Shown here: one piece after another, positions 19,529 through 24,048 of the stretch
Layout: every line of letters begins with the position of its first letter
Numbering within the stretch: position 1 is the stretch's first letter
DNA from: Octopus sinensis
Lineage: Eukaryota
DNA length: 24,048 nt
Direction: 5' to 3'
Assembly: GCF_006345805.1 (NCBI RefSeq)
Contig: NW_021836470.1
Location: 1 to 24,048, forward strand
Translations under genes and position numbers: made by a program
Notes under the pieces: model-generated
Database searches by the model: none
Told to the model about the DNA's origin: nothing
What the model saw: the letters and a program-made list of their open reading frames with translations, nothing else

Positions 19529-20109
19529 GCCGCCTCCAGCCTTTTCTTTTGTAATTTCAAATCACTCTATTTCATAGCAGCAACTAGCAGCAGTAAATCC
19601 CAACTTATTAGAAATATATCCATGTTATCTTTTTTTGTTTTGTCTTCATAACTTCCTATCTTTCAAAATGGATAAATTTGCGAAAGGCCTCGGCAGAATC
19701 ATCTTTAACTAAAGCGAGTTTCTTCCTAATGACAACATAGTTGGGTATTACAGTCTGAAGTGTGAAAATTGATGTCATCTGTAATTTCAAGAAGTTAACA
19801 TCCAATAGAGACGTATTTCACACTTCACATTTCGACTGTTGATTCGGTTTTTCACATGTTCAGGTGTCTACTACTTACCAAATCGATGCACGAAGCAACC
19901 GTAATCTTACATTATTATTCTATTAAATAATTAACTTAACATAGTGTGTTACAGGAAAATTACTACTGGTAGAGACGACCTGTGAAGTAAAATTGGACAG
20001 CAACACCGTGACTTGCACACATATTCCAAACACCCTTGCTCAACACAAGATCACTTAAATTTAGAAGCACAGACGACATAGTCATGTATGTATGTACGTA
20101 CGTATATAC

Positions 20110-20170
20110 ACACTGTAGTATCAGCAGCAGCAGCGGCAGCAGCGGCAGCAGTAGTAGTAGCAGCAGCAGC
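20110..20170. repeat. (CAG)n/(TAG) microsatellite
   Basis: Direct reading. Confidence 0.9.
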
Positions 20171-20794
20171 AAAAGTTGTGGTTTAGAAGCAGTATATTAA
20201 TTTTACAGTAATGAACATCGTAATTGATATATGCTAATGTACATATCAAATATTAACAATCAGCTAAATTAATCTAGAAACAATTTTGCTTCTTTCAGTT
20301 TGTGTGCGTAAAATTTACCAAAGATCTAAGAAGAATTTAAAATAGCTTTAAATAGCTGAAGGCGTACAGTCTATAATTTGGTTTTTAATAGCTGTGTCTC
20401 CAATTAAACACGAGAGTAATTACTTCGCATAATTAGGATCTCTTATTGCTGTCATTTATATCTCATTTGACTATAAATCAGTTGGAGAGTGAATGAGCGT
20501 TCATTTATCTCTGATATTGAGAAGGTAAAAAATAGCGTTTATACCACTAAAAAACATGCAGTACAAGACATAGAGAAGATATTGAATGTAAGAAGGTTCT
20601 TTGGAAGATTGTAGAAATGAATAAAAGAATAGATATAGAATGGACAAATTATAAAATATACCAATAAATGTATCGGCAAAACAACGAATCCGTTTGAATT
20701 GGCTTTTAAATTTAGAGACAAATAGTAAAATCTAGATATGAAAGGTCTATTTGAAATCTAAAGTTAAAATGCATACAAAAGATGGGAACTATTT

Positions 20795-20857
20795 GAGAAC
20801 CCCAGTGCATAGTTCATTGATTCTGAATTGAAAGGCAAAATCGACTTCGATGGAATA
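20795..20857 (-). mobile_element. Internally deleted SINE fragment
   Basis: Reverse complement attccatcgaagtcgattttgcctttca...tgcactgggg matches 8284-8355. Confidence 0.65.
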
Positions 20858-21095
<238 letters not shown>

Positions 21096-21476
21096 AATGC
21101 CCTGATGCAATACCAGATACTGGCTCTCATGGTTCCTTATCTTAACCGTAAGAGATGGGCTACAACAAATATTCTGCTCAATATCACAGATTTGCTTGTC
21201 AGTTGTTTGTCCATAACCAGTTGAGCATGTCCATTGGGGGCTGACAATATGTGCATCACTGATCACAAGAAGAAGTAGTGGGGAAGCATCATAGCCATGT
21301 GTTGAAATGAATTATTTGGAGCTAAAATAATTCACCTGAAGAAACATTGGTATTTCGTTCGATATCCTTAAAAAATTCTTACCCAGGGGCCTTTTGAGCA
21401 GGATGGGCTACTCGACAAGAAGAAAATTCTAACTGGGTCCCACCTGCAAGGTCATTCGCTATTTATCTTGATATGA
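21096..21476. mobile_element. Non-coding interspersed repeat fragment abutting (AAT)n
   Basis: Unique insert beginning directly after the AAT array. Recalled as another part of the same octopus repeat family as 7721-7824 (unverified; the two pieces do not overlap here). Confidence 0.5.
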
Positions 21477-21479
21477 AAT

Positions 21480-21575
21480 TACCATAAATTATTTACATTT
21501 GACGGATAATTGTCCTCATCTTGTTTGTTGTTAACACAACGTTTCAGCTGATATACCCTCCAACCTTCATCATCT
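21480..21575 (-). mobile_element. Penelope-type terminal repeat fragment with a 5'-truncated minimal hammerhead (21531-21573)
   Basis: Minus: AUGAUGA-A-GGUUG(GAGGGUAUAU)CAGCU-GAAACGUU|GUGUUAAC. C3 and the 5' strand of stem I are lost at the (CTA)n junction. Confidence 0.6.

Positions 21576-21640
<65 letters not shown>
21576..21640. repeat. (TAG)n microsatellite
   Basis: Direct reading. Confidence 0.97.
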
Positions 21641-23301
<1,661 letters not shown>

Positions 23302-23302
23302 G

Positions 23303-23670
23303 AATAATAATAATAATAATATAATAATAATAATAATATAATAATAATAATAATAATAATATAATAATAATAATAATAATAATTAATGATAAATAAAGTA
23401 AAATAATAATAATATGATAAATAATAATTATAATGCATAATAATAATAATAATAATAACGAATAATAATAATAATAATAAGAATGATAATAAGAATAATA
23501 ATAATTAATAATAATAAGGATAATAAGAATAAGAATAATAAAATAATCCAATAATAAAGTAATAATAAGAATAAGAATAATGATAATAATAATAATGATA
23601 AGGAAATAATAATAATAATAAGATAATAATAATAAAATAATAATAATAATAATAATATAATGATATGATA
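23303..23670. repeat. Degenerate (AAT)n microsatellite
   Basis: Direct reading. Confidence 0.95.
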
Positions 23671-24048
23671 ACTGGTTTGAAAGGTAAAGAGAAATGAAGT
23701 TGAATAAACTAAAAATAAAACGTCATATCAAAAAGGCCTTACATACATTCATACACACGCACACATACACACACACCATGCATACACAAAAATACATGTT
23801 TTTGCATGTATTAATGAATGAATGAATGAATAAACGTATATATGTATGTAAATATATATATGTTAAGCAGATGGTAAAAAATGTGAAAAGAAGGAAATTC
23901 TTGTCGCGTTCAAAGTTCACACAGGCATCACGAAAATTCCCTGTTAGACACGCAACAGGGCGGAGGAACAATGTGACAATATTTAAGAAGGTTGGTAGAA
24001 AAAGGGGAGGAGGAAGACGACTCACATCGTAACAAATAAGGAAAATTT

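Noticed and set aside
19955-20059. TCEVKLDSNTVTCTHIPNTL, LRR-N-cap/TLR-like peptide
   Set aside because: Stop after about 34 codons with no following LRRs; resemblance not distinguishable from chance.
23939-23960. 7-bp hairpin CCCTGTT-8nt-AACAGGG
   Set aside because: Single small hairpin with no context; expected by chance.

Overview
AT-rich eukaryotic genomic DNA with very dense microsatellites. The SINE and repeat repertoire strongly resembles an octopus or other cephalopod genome, but this is recognition from memory and not database-verified. Nearly all ORFs in the supplied track are artefacts of simple repeats. The recognisable coding remnants are transposons: seven R4/Dong-clade non-LTR fragments (CCHC knuckle and/or restriction-like endonuclease C-terminus), a hAT (Buster/Charlie/ZBED5-like) transposase pseudogene, a Penelope-like GIY-YIG endonuclease fragment, an RTE-like 3' end with C2H2 fingers, a decayed LINE linker/RT-start, and several tRNA-derived SINEs. 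The most interesting signal is RNA-structural. There are two nearly complete type I hammerhead ribozymes on the minus strand (6727-6780 and 11768-11862) plus decayed remnants (10547-10600, 11448-11482, 21531-21573). The 11768-11862 hammerhead has an unusually long stem II and sits inside a 120-bp-arm inverted duplication that places an antisense copy upstream of it in any read-through transcript. No host gene can be called confidently; two sets of candidate exons are reported at low confidence.
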